Shown here in pieces: positions 28,501 through 36,496 of a DNA stretch of 64,000 bases. Both the position numbers and the translations under genes were made by a program. How positions within the stretch are numbered: position 1 is the first letter of the stretch; each line of letters starts with the position of its first letter. Below the pieces are notes generated by a model. It had not been told where the DNA came from, ran no database searches, and was given only the letters and a program-made list of their open reading frames with translations. The stretch lies in contig JBDKSE010000020.1 of assembly GCA_039683035.1 (NCBI GenBank), positions 165,158-229,157 of the forward strand, in the 5' to 3' direction. This DNA is from Anaerolineaceae bacterium (GTDB lineage Bacteria; Chloroflexota; Anaerolineae; Anaerolineales; Anaerolineaceae).

Positions 28501-30794
28501 CGAAGGCCGGAACGCTGGCCGGAGTTTACTATCTCGCGGGGCTGGAAAGCACGTTTGATCTGCAATCCTCTCCCCGCGAGGCGTGGGTTCCACAGCGCTC
28601 ACAACTGCTCGACCCGCTGTTCGACCTGGCAAAGGTGCTTCCGGAATCCGCTTTCCTGGTCTGCGCTACATCGATGGGTGGTTTGCTGGGGTTCATCAAT
28701 AGCGAAAATCCGTCAGGTGGACTGGTCAGCGGATTCACCAAAGCCTTGAAGCGCGAGAGACCCGGTCAGTTGATCAAGGTGGTCGACTTCAGTTCCGCGG
28801 AGACACACCAGAACATCGCCGAAATCCTGGTCAAGGAGACAATGAACGATCCGGTGACCGTGGAAATTGGCTATGAAGGCGGATCACGGTTCTCGGTCAA
28901 GCTCAACGAAATGGATATGCAGGCGGTCAAAGAGACTACCCTGCCAAAAGGCTGCACCTTCGTTGTCAGCGGCGCCACCGGCGGCATCACTGCCCCCGTT
29001 CTGTTCGATCTTGCAAAAGCAACGCAGGGATCTTTCTACCTGTTGGGGCGGACGAAGCTACCCTCAAAAGAAGATGCCAACCTGCAGATGCTGAAGAATG
29101 ACCGGAATGCTTTCCGAAAGGAATTGCAGAAACGATCGCAGGAAAAGGGCGAGAAGGTGACGCCTGTGCAGCTCGATCAGAAGATCACGGCTCTGGAACG
29201 CGCGGCATCCATGATCGACTTGCTCGACTCCCTGCGTTCGACGGGGGCGGCGGCAAAATACATCCTCTGTGATGTGACTGATCCGCAGGATGTGGATGCG
29301 GCGGTCGCAGAAATCAAACACGCAACCGACCATGTGGATGTCTTCATCCACGCCGCGGGCATTGAAAAGAGCCGCAAGGTGGAAAGCAAGAGCGCAGAGG
29401 AATTCGAGCAGACTGTTGCAGTAAAAGTGGACGGTTTCCAATTCCTCTTCAAGGCATTGGAGAATGCCGGCAGGCTGCCTGGGTCAATCGTTTCCTTCTC
29501 TTCGGTGGCTGGCAGGTTTGGCAATGCAGGACAGACGGATTACAGCGCCGCAAATGATGCGCTTTCCAAACTGGCTTTCTGGCTGCCCTCACAGTATCCT
29601 GCGCTTCACTCGGTTTCGCTGGATTGGGGCGCCTGGGCTGAGGTGGGCATGGCGAGCCGGGGGAACATCCCGGCGTTGATGGAGCGCGCTGGCATTGAGA
29701 TGCTCAAGCCGGAAACAGCAGCTCCGATGGTCCGGCAGGCTCTTGAGCTGGGTCTATGCGGCGAGTATGTCGTCGCGGGCTCGCTCGGATCGCTGGATTC
29801 AGGCTGTCAGAACAACTGCGGCGTGGATGTCGAGACAGCCAACCAGGCGCTGCGCGCCGGAGATCCCATCCACAAGATGTTCAGTTCGGTGACCGCGTTC
29901 AGCGTGGAGCAGGGCATCCGGTTGGAAGCCGAGCTTGATCCCGCCCAGGAATTCTACTTGCACGATCACATGATCAATGGCATTCCGGTGCTGCCCGGAG
30001 TGATGGGCATCGAGGGGTTCTCGGTTGCCGCAAAGCATATCGCTTCGGTGCTGGGATCGAATCACGCTCCCTTCGAAGTAAGCCGCCTGGAAAACGTGCA
30101 ATTTCTGGCGCCCTTCAAGTTTTACGGCAACAAGGCGCGCACCATCCAATGGAACGCGGTCGCCTTCCGCACCCTCGAAGGAATCAGGGTCGAAGCCAGG
30201 CTGGAATCGGATGTGACCCGCAGAAATGGCGGAGTCGAGCATATGCTGCACTTCACCGGAACGGTCTTTCTTACTCCAGACGTACCGGCAGAAGAGCAGA
30301 TGGTCAAACCGCCGAAGTGGAATCAAAAGAACTCTGTCTCATCCGACGACATTTACAAGCTGTTCTTCCACGGCCCGTCTTTCCAGGTGCTGGAATCGGC
30401 CCAACTGAGCAACGGGAAAGTGCTTGGTAAATTCAACAAGAAGGTGGTTGAAATTGCCGCCGATGACCCCGCGCTGTTTGCAACCCCGCTGCTCATCGAA
30501 ATGTGTTTCCAGACCGCAGGCTTGTACCAGGCAGGAGCTACCGGCGTGCTGGCGCTTCCGCAATCCGTTGGGTCGCTCAAGCTCTTCAAACGACCGCTCA
30601 ACGGCGTGGCGATTTTCGCCGAGGTGAACCCGCGCATGGAAGGCGAGTCTTATGTCTTTGACGCCAGGGTGGTGGATGCAAAGGGAAATGTCTTCCTCGA
30701 GCTGACGGATTACCGCACCTCTGCGCTGCCGTACCCCGCCGAACAGCAACTGGTGGAACCGCTGAAGAAGCTGGTCCCGCTGGCTGGAGACTGA
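22512..30794 (+). CDS. PfaA-like iterative type I polyketide/fatty-acid megasynthase, KS-CP-AT-KS-CP-CP-KR-DH
   Basis: 2760 codons from ATG 22512, with GGAGG 9 nt upstream. Catalytic motifs are listed in the domain features below. The ORF-track start at 22425 adds 29 non-conserved residues. Confidence 0.9.
   Translation: [2760 protein letters not shown]
22527..23925 (+). other. Domain: ketosynthase 1 (Cys-His-His intact)
   Basis: [11 protein letters not shown] (Cys codon 23154-23156), [23 protein letters not shown] and [10 protein letters not shown]. Confidence 0.85.
24051..24290 (+). other. Domain: carrier protein 1 (PfaA-ACP-like, Thr at the expected Ser site)
   Basis: [34 protein letters not shown]; the Thr codon ACG is at 24165-24167. 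Confidence 0.75.
24690..25570 (+). other. Domain: acyltransferase (malonyl-type)
   Basis: [17 protein letters not shown] (Ser codon 24996-24998) and SHAFHT. Confidence 0.85.
25780..27320 (+). other. Domain: ketosynthase 2 (Cys-His-His intact, so not a CLF)
   Basis: [12 protein letters not shown] (Cys codon 26547-26549), [18 protein letters not shown] and GAGFGSQ. Confidence 0.75.
27645..28199 (+). repeat. Tandem duplication encoding carrier proteins 2 and 3 (units about 27645-27875 and 27966-28199)
   Basis: Long near-identical DNA runs, for example gagaagacgggttatccc...ggatctcga...gacacggtcaagcaggcagagttgtttgctgcca in both units. Period is about 320 nt. Thr codons are at 27750-27752 and 28074-28076. 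Confidence 0.85.
28290..29790 (+). other. Domain: ketoreductase (structural plus catalytic subdomains)
   Basis: [10 protein letters not shown] Rossmann motif near 28960 and [20 protein letters not shown] (Tyr codon 29541-29543). Confidence 0.8.
29880..30780 (+). other. Domain: PKS-type (double hot-dog) dehydratase
   Basis: HxxxGxxxxP motif as [10 protein letters not shown] (His codon 29967-29969). The position is C-terminal, as in PfaA. Confidence 0.75.
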
Positions 30795-30848
30795 ATCAGA
30801 ATTGGAGGCTCTCCCCGGGGATGATTCCATTTCCGGGGAGGAAAAAAT

Positions 30849-31559
30849 ATGACAATCTATTGGACATACACATCCATTCAGTCGATCTTTGACTTGTTTC
30901 CGGCAGGGGAGTTGCGAGACCTGCTGGGAAAAGACGAGCAAGCCTATCTTGATCATCTGCGGTTTGAAAAACGCCGCCGGGAATGGCTGGCGGGCAGACT
31001 GGCGCTCAAAGCCTTATTGATTGAATCCTTCCAAAACCTTGCTTCGAGAAGATTCAATCAATTGCAGATACTGAAAGAGGAAGGGGGGGCTCCGCGTCTC
31101 GCATTGGATGAGGGGGAAACTCCCATCCCGATTTCGCTCAGTCATTCCAATGGATCTATCTTTTGCGCCTGTTCCACCGGCCAGTCCCCCATAGGTGTGG
31201 ATTTGGAGCTGATCGAGGAACGCTCCCAGGCGTTCATCAGCGATTATTTTACGCCTGAAGAAATCAGCCAGGTCGAACGGCATACACCGCAAAAACGATC
31301 CCTGTATTCCACCCTGGTTTGGAGTGCCAAGGAAGCTGTCTTGAAGGCCCTTTCCATTGGCTTGAAGATGGATACCCGCAGGATCAATGTGAATCCGGAA
31401 TCCACTTCGTTTGAAGCAGGGTGGAAAATTCCCTGCAGCCCGGTTTTGATTCGGCAAAAAGAATCTCTGCGCCTTTTGTGGCGCAGAGAGGGTTCCTTCG
31501 TTCTGACGGTGTGCTTCGATGGTGCTCTATCCGTTGATTTTCGCCGGATCCTTATTTAG
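30849..31559 (+). CDS. Sfp-type 4'-phosphopantetheinyl transferase (PfaE-like)
   Basis: RBS GGAGG. Motifs WLAGRLALKAL, SLSHSNG, GVDLE and WSAKEAVLKAL. Confidence 0.85.
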   Translation: MTIYWTYTSIQSIFDLFPAGELRDLLGKDEQAYLDHLRFEKRRREWLAGRLALKALLIESFQNLASRRFNQLQILKEEGGAPRLALDEGETPIPISLSHSNGSIFCACSTGQSPIGVDLELIEERSQAFISDYFTPEEISQVERHTPQKRSLYSTLVWSAKEAVLKALSIGLKMDTRRINVNPESTSFEAGWKIPCSPVLIRQKESLRLLWRREGSFVLTVCFDGALSVDFRRILI

Positions 31560-33189
31560 CCATATTTTCTGACGGCTTAATGTTGGCGATCTGGCTGGCA
31601 AAGCGGATCCCCTGGGCTTCGAGGGTTCGAATGCGCCACAGATAGGCTGCGCCCTGCAGAAGCTGCATGGATACATCCACAACCTGGCGGTTCTCAGGTT
31701 TTTCCAGATAGGTGTTCCTTGCCCAGTCGTTGAATGCGCCCATGGATGGACCGCACCAGATCTGGTAGTCCATCTCGCGCCCTTTTTCACCAATGCTTGC
31801 CCAGCGCGAAGACAAACCCAAATACCAGCGGAAGATGAGCGCCATCTTGTCTTTGGGCTTTTTATTCGCGCGTTCGATCTGCTTGGGGTCGCGCTCGCTG
31901 AAGAATTTCACGCATTCGTTCCAGACGGAGTCCAGGCTCTGCTTGAAGATCGTTGATTCCAGCTTTTCACGCTCGGCAGGGGGGATTTCATCGATGGATT
32001 CGTATCTTTGATAAATCTCGTACAGCTTCAGACCGCGCATGGCAAACATGGTCCCGCGTTTGAGCACCTGCACCTTGACGCCCATTTCGAACATATCGCT
32101 GGCGGGAGCCATGGCAACGTCGGTGGTTTCCATCTGCGAAAGGAGAGCTTTGCTGTGAGCCGAGGCTCCAGATTCCACGCACCCCTGATTGACGGACCCG
32201 GTGGTGACGTAGGCCGCCCCCATCATGAACGCCGCCAGCGCGGCTGCCGGGGTCGCAATCCCTCCGGCTGCGCCGATCCTCGTCATTTGGGCAAACTGAT
32301 ACTTTTCCTGCAGGGTATCTCTCAGCTGGATGATTGCGGGCAGGATGCTCACCAGCGGGCGGTTATCGGTATGTCCGCCTGAATCGGCTTCAACCGTCAC
32401 ATCGTCTGCCATGGGCACGAATTGGGCGAGCCGGGCTTGATCGGCGGTCACCTTGCCCTCTGCCAGGAGTTGATTGACCATATTTTGATCGGCAGGCTGA
32501 AGGAATTTTTGCGCGACTTCCTTGCGCGAGACCTTGGCGATGATGCGGTGGTTGATCTTCACTGTACCGTCAGCGCCCTGCGATAATCCGGTCAGGCGGT
32601 ACCAGACCAGGTTGGGGGTCAGGGTCAGGTAAGCCGAAGCTTCGATGGCGCGGATGCCGTGCTGGATGTACAACTCCGCGGTTCTGGCTTCCAAAGCCGG
32701 TTCAAAGGGGCTGTTGATCAGGTTGAACAGGTAGGGGCTGTCGCCCAGTTCGGTCCGGATGCGGTCGATTGCTTTTTCCACGCGGGTTGGAAGGCAGCCG
32801 CCTGCACCAAAGGATCCCATCAAGCCTGCCCTGCCAAGCGCGATCACCATCTCTTCCGAGGAGATCCCATTGGCCATCGACCCGGCGTAAAGCGGGTATC
32901 TTGTTCCATAGGTTGTCTTGAACGCTGGATCCCCTAGATCAGTGGGCTCCAGTTCAGGGCAAAAACCGAACATTTGAAAACCATTATTTGACGTCGCTCC
33001 CGCCGCTCCTTCATGGGCGGTGAAATATTCGCCGTTTTTTCGCAAAAGGTAAAAAGGCCTGTCCAGTCTCAACAGGGCAGCGCACAACAAATCGGCGGTC
33101 GCTGGTTCGGGTATACCGTTATTTGCCCATCCAAACCCGGCAGTCTGACCAGGATGCAAAGCCCTGACCAAAGGTTCTTGTGAATTCAA
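31552..33189 (-). CDS. pfaD: PfaD-family FMN-dependent enoyl reductase (trans-acting ER)
   Basis: 545 aa. LGDPAFKTTYGTRYPLYAGSMANGISSEEMVIALGRAGLMGSFGAGG and ...EADSGGHTDNRP... are typical of PfaD. TTG start at 33189 with GGAGGT 5 nt upstream. Confidence 0.9.
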   Translation of the reverse strand: MNSQEPLVRALHPGQTAGFGWANNGIPEPATADLLCAALLRLDRPFYLLRKNGEYFTAHEGAAGATSNNGFQMFGFCPELEPTDLGDPAFKTTYGTRYPLYAGSMANGISSEEMVIALGRAGLMGSFGAGGCLPTRVEKAIDRIRTELGDSPYLFNLINSPFEPALEARTAELYIQHGIRAIEASAYLTLTPNLVWYRLTGLSQGADGTVKINHRIIAKVSRKEVAQKFLQPADQNMVNQLLAEGKVTADQARLAQFVPMADDVTVEADSGGHTDNRPLVSILPAIIQLRDTLQEKYQFAQMTRIGAAGGIATPAAALAAFMMGAAYVTTGSVNQGCVESGASAHSKALLSQMETTDVAMAPASDMFEMGVKVQVLKRGTMFAMRGLKLYEIYQRYESIDEIPPAEREKLESTIFKQSLDSVWNECVKFFSERDPKQIERANKKPKDKMALIFRWYLGLSSRWASIGEKGREMDYQIWCGPSMGAFNDWARNTYLEKPENRQVVDVSMQLLQGAAYLWRIRTLEAQGIRFASQIANIKPSENMAK

Positions 33190-33298
33190 TCGACACCTCC
33201 ATGCTGATATAGGTTAACAACCCTGAAGGCAGCGTTTTGTTGCACGTTTTGCATGAAGAGCAACCATCAATTTTGTGGACCGGGAAACCGGACAGGCA

Positions 33299-33332
33299 TA
33301 AAGAAAGCCGGGAGATGAGTGATTCTCCCGGC
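33299..33332 (-). terminator. Intrinsic terminator of the small membrane-protein gene
   Basis: Perfect stem GCCGGGAGA/TCTCCCGGC, followed on the minus strand by TTTCTTT. Confidence 0.65.
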
Positions 33333-33359
33333 ATCTCAAGAACGGATCTGGCTGAAGGA

Positions 33360-33569
33360 CTAAACGCCCAGGTACTTCAACAGCGCCATCACCAGGAATA
33401 CGGGCCAGACAAGGGCTTTGAGCAATCCCAGCACCCCCAGGCCGAAGGTCGTTGCCTGTCCGATGAAGTAAATGGCTGCGCCGATGAAGCCAAGCCCGTA
33501 AACGGCGTCGCCGCCGCCGCGATGATGAATTGTTCTTACCGGTCGAACTACAGCGGGTTGTTCAGACAT
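33360..33569 (-). CDS. Small (69 aa) two-TM membrane protein
   Basis: YGLGFIGAAIYFIGQATTFGLGVLGLLKALVWPVFLVMALL. It is followed by a terminator. Confidence 0.55.
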   Translation of the reverse strand: MSEQPAVVRPVRTIHHRGGGDAVYGLGFIGAAIYFIGQATTFGLGVLGLLKALVWPVFLVMALLKYLGV

Positions 33570-33697
33570 TTCATTCTCCTTTGTCGATTTCTACATTCAT
33601 ATACGTATGAACGTATGCGGGGTTGTGCGAACCCTCCGCCGGAGAATGACCGGATAGATAGACTGAAATCAATGAAACTGGATCGCCCGGTAAGTAT

Positions 33698-34039
33698 CTA
33701 CTCCTCCCATTCGAATCTTCGCGGCTCCGGGCAGATCTCGATCTGCTGATCCGCTTCCAGCGAATAAATCGGAACTGAATCAGGGAAGAGGATCACGCCG
33801 CCGGCCGGCAGGCGTTTTTCCCTGAGGATGGCAGCGAACACCAGCTGCTCGTCTTCTGAAAGCACCGGGTCCAGCCCGCGTCTCCGGGCAATGAACTTCG
33901 GCGCGATCGGAAAGCCGTCCAACTCAATTTTGGCGGGCAATTTCCCATTGGAGCGTATGTATTCTACGATTTGAGGCCTGGAGGCGTAAACCACGGCGGT
34001 GAATCTCAATTCCTGTTCGGTGTACTTGTGCAGTTTCAT
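33698..34039 (-). CDS. Hypothetical protein (113 aa)
   Basis: ATG 34039 with AAGGAG 7 nt upstream. The ORF-track N-terminal extension to 34243 has no RBS and an Arg-rich, GC-artefact composition. Confidence 0.55.
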   Translation of the reverse strand: MKLHKYTEQELRFTAVVYASRPQIVEYIRSNGKLPAKIELDGFPIAPKFIARRRGLDPVLSEDEQLVFAAILREKRLPAGGVILFPDSVPIYSLEADQQIEICPEPRRFEWEE

Positions 34040-34397
34040 TTTGAATCTCCTTAAGATGCATGAATCCGGCTTGCGAGAAGCCAAAGGTGCGCTGCACCAG
34101 GGGAGATTATTTTGGGGGCGAAAAGGGAAGGAAGCCCGGTTAAAACAAAAACGGAGCTGTTTTTCGAGAGGATCTTCTCGCGCATCGAGACGCTTGCGTC
34201 TCAGGCACCGATGCCGTCTCCAGGCCGGTTGCCAGTCCGCCAACGGCGGACATTCCTGATGTACTTTTGTTTATACGAAAAAGGAGGGGGGAAGTCAAGA
34301 GGGGAGGGATTTGATGTATTGATAAGCAATTGTTAAGGTTTGAGAACAAAAGGTTCTGTATACTATATGACATGGGGGATTAATTAGTAGACCTCGT

Positions 34398-34422
34398 AAT
34401 TACTAATAGAGCCTATTAGAAT
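34398..34422 (+). repeat. Left copy of the bipartite direct repeat AATTACTAAT-N7-ATTAGAAT
   Basis: aattactaat at 34398-34407 and attagaat at 34415-34422. The same two blocks recur at 36497-36515. The reverse complement attagtaat is at 34621-34629. Confidence 0.5.
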
Positions 34423-34831
34423 CCAACTATTTTGTTAAATTGTCATCAAGGAATAATATTTTGTTTACTGTACTAAAGGATTCACAAATTGCCATTGAAG
34501 CTAATTCAATTTAGGCTGGCTTGAATTTTCGAAATTGCTTAGCCTGTATACAAATAAGTGAATGATTATAAAAACTTCTATGTTACGGAACGATCTTAAA
34601 AGACTCAAAAGTATCATTGGATTAGTAATAATAAGCCATTCTTTGTGAAGATTTCCAATGAATATATGCTCATTTTCGAATTTTTGAGAGGAAGAAAGTC
34701 AAGACTTCGCCGTTGTTCAACAAATGCAAAGTCTGATTTTTGAGCTCTCCAAACCTTCTGCAACTTAACTATTGATCTAGCCCCAATTTACTCCGCGAGA
34801 AAATTACCATATCAAGAGGATTATCCTAAAT

Positions 34832-35602
34832 ATGACTGATGAGAATTTCTTTTCAAATCCAGAGCCACTACTCGCAACGCTCGCCAACCTTTTTGCTTCC
34901 TCTGGAGCTGCGCGTGAAGTTGCTGTTCTAGCAAATTCAACAGCGAGAATCAAACAAACTAGTTATGATAATTGGAATGGCGGGACCTATGGGTATTCAT
35001 TATTCTTGCAGATACCTAATTGGCTCTACAATCAAGTAATTAGCGAAATTGAGAGTATCGAGAAATCTCTCTCTGAGAAGGCAAATCTGCTCTCAAGAGG
35101 TAATGAGAATGAGTTTTTAGAAAGAGTATACGTAACTCCGCAAATTGCAGATGATAATGAATGGAGGGAAAAAGCAAAAGCTTGGTTATCAGGTGATGGG
35201 ATTTCTAATCAAGGACGTGTTCATTCGGACAATATTCCATCAAGGACAATGGATGGCTTGTTATTTAGATCCCAACCAGAAATATTTTTATACATTGCAC
35301 TTAAATCATCTGGAGTTTCATTCGCTCCATTAGCAGTATTTATTCGCGGGGGAGAGAGCTACAAAAGAATTGAACCTGACTTCTTTATTGTAAAGGATGG
35401 CATTTCCTTGGTAGTTGAAGTTGATGGGGACACTGTCCATCATGAAACCCCTGTTGAAGCTCACTCAAGAACATCCATGCTTGTTTATGAAGGGGTTCAT
35501 ATTGAGAGGGTTAGGGCAAGCGAATGTGAATCACAGTTTTTAGCAAACGCTTGTGCGAAGAAAATTATGACCGTAATTGAGAAATTAAAATCTACTCGCT
35601 AA
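34832..35602 (+). CDS. Unknown N-terminal domain fused to a DUF559/Vsr-like PD-(D/E)xK endonuclease domain
   Basis: The C-terminal 110 aa, FRSQPEIFLYIALKSSGVSF...RIEPDFFIVKDGISLVVEVDGDTVHH...YEGVHIERVRASE, follow the (P)DF...hhVEhDG..H...R pattern of DUF559/Vsr-like nucleases. I did not recognise the N-terminal 140 aa or so. Confidence 0.55.
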   Translation: MTDENFFSNPEPLLATLANLFASSGAAREVAVLANSTARIKQTSYDNWNGGTYGYSLFLQIPNWLYNQVISEIESIEKSLSEKANLLSRGNENEFLERVYVTPQIADDNEWREKAKAWLSGDGISNQGRVHSDNIPSRTMDGLLFRSQPEIFLYIALKSSGVSFAPLAVFIRGGESYKRIEPDFFIVKDGISLVVEVDGDTVHHETPVEAHSRTSMLVYEGVHIERVRASECESQFLANACAKKIMTVIEKLKSTR

Positions 35603-35719
35603 AAAATTTTTTGCAACAGATGTATTACTACACTACATCAGGTTTGTTTTGACGTGTCACCACTGTTGAAAATTAAAGCACCGTAAGCCAAATCTTAAAT
35701 TAGGAAAACGGGAGCATTT

Positions 35720-36496
35720 ATGATCGAGAGGAAATCACAAAATAGAAGAAGAATCTTCATACGGGCCAAAGATAAGGTATGCCAGATTTTCAGTTTTAAA
35801 CAATCTGCTGATGGATCAATATATTGTTCATCATCGGATTTCGATGATGCGAATTGGTTTAGTGCAGTATTAACAGAAATTGGACCTCAACTAGTAACAA
35901 CTGAGCCAGTTGGGGAGGGAAAGATAAGCTTTCACGGGTCTGGCATGGTAGCGATCCGACCAAATGACGATCCAAAAGGACACCGATTAATAATTAAAGG
36001 TAATAATTTATTTAACAAAATGGAGGAAAAAGTTGGCATCCGCCATCTCTTTACAATTTTCTCGAAAGAACCGAAGTATCAACCGACATCTTCCCCCATT
36101 TTTAATCGTGATGGTGATTATTGCATAGAAGCGAACGAAGAATTAAAGCCATTCGTGTTAGTTTTCTTTGCTGCACCACAAGGGCTATCGATCAGTTTCC
36201 AATTCAATCTGCACATGGATGACATGATAAATATACCAAACGATTTTTTGGGACTTAATGGTTTTAGTCTTCGGTACCATGATATTCTTTGGTTTGCATA
36301 TCGGACAAACCATATGGAAAAGTGGCCCAAACAAGCTCAAGTAGTCTATCATGATGGTTATTCATTTCCAATTTTTATTGGAACTGGATTAGGTATAGGC
36401 AGATGGGAGTTCCGACAGCCTCTGTATTCCTTAAACGGTAATAATCTTGAAATAATATGCAATCGAAATTACTCTGATGATTATTCAAACCCTTGA
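35720..36496 (+). CDS. Hypothetical protein (258 aa), no recognisable domain
   Basis: ORF with GGGAG 6 nt upstream of the ATG. It has the same strand and AT-rich composition as the nuclease-fusion gene, and there is no terminator hairpin in the 117-nt spacer. Confidence 0.55.
   Translation: MIERKSQNRRRIFIRAKDKVCQIFSFKQSADGSIYCSSSDFDDANWFSAVLTEIGPQLVTTEPVGEGKISFHGSGMVAIRPNDDPKGHRLIIKGNNLFNKMEEKVGIRHLFTIFSKEPKYQPTSSPIFNRDGDYCIEANEELKPFVLVFFAAPQGLSISFQFNLHMDDMINIPNDFLGLNGFSLRYHDILWFAYRTNHMEKWPKQAQVVYHDGYSFPIFIGTGLGIGRWEFRQPLYSLNGNNLEIICNRNYSDDYSNP

Noticed and set aside
34095-34102. Possible att-type duplication of the tRNA-Lys 3' end at the left side of the islet
   Set aside because: Only an 8-nt match (caccaggg) to the tRNA 3' half was found by eye, outside the composition boundary. 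That is too short to support tRNA-targeted integration, and no integrase gene is present.
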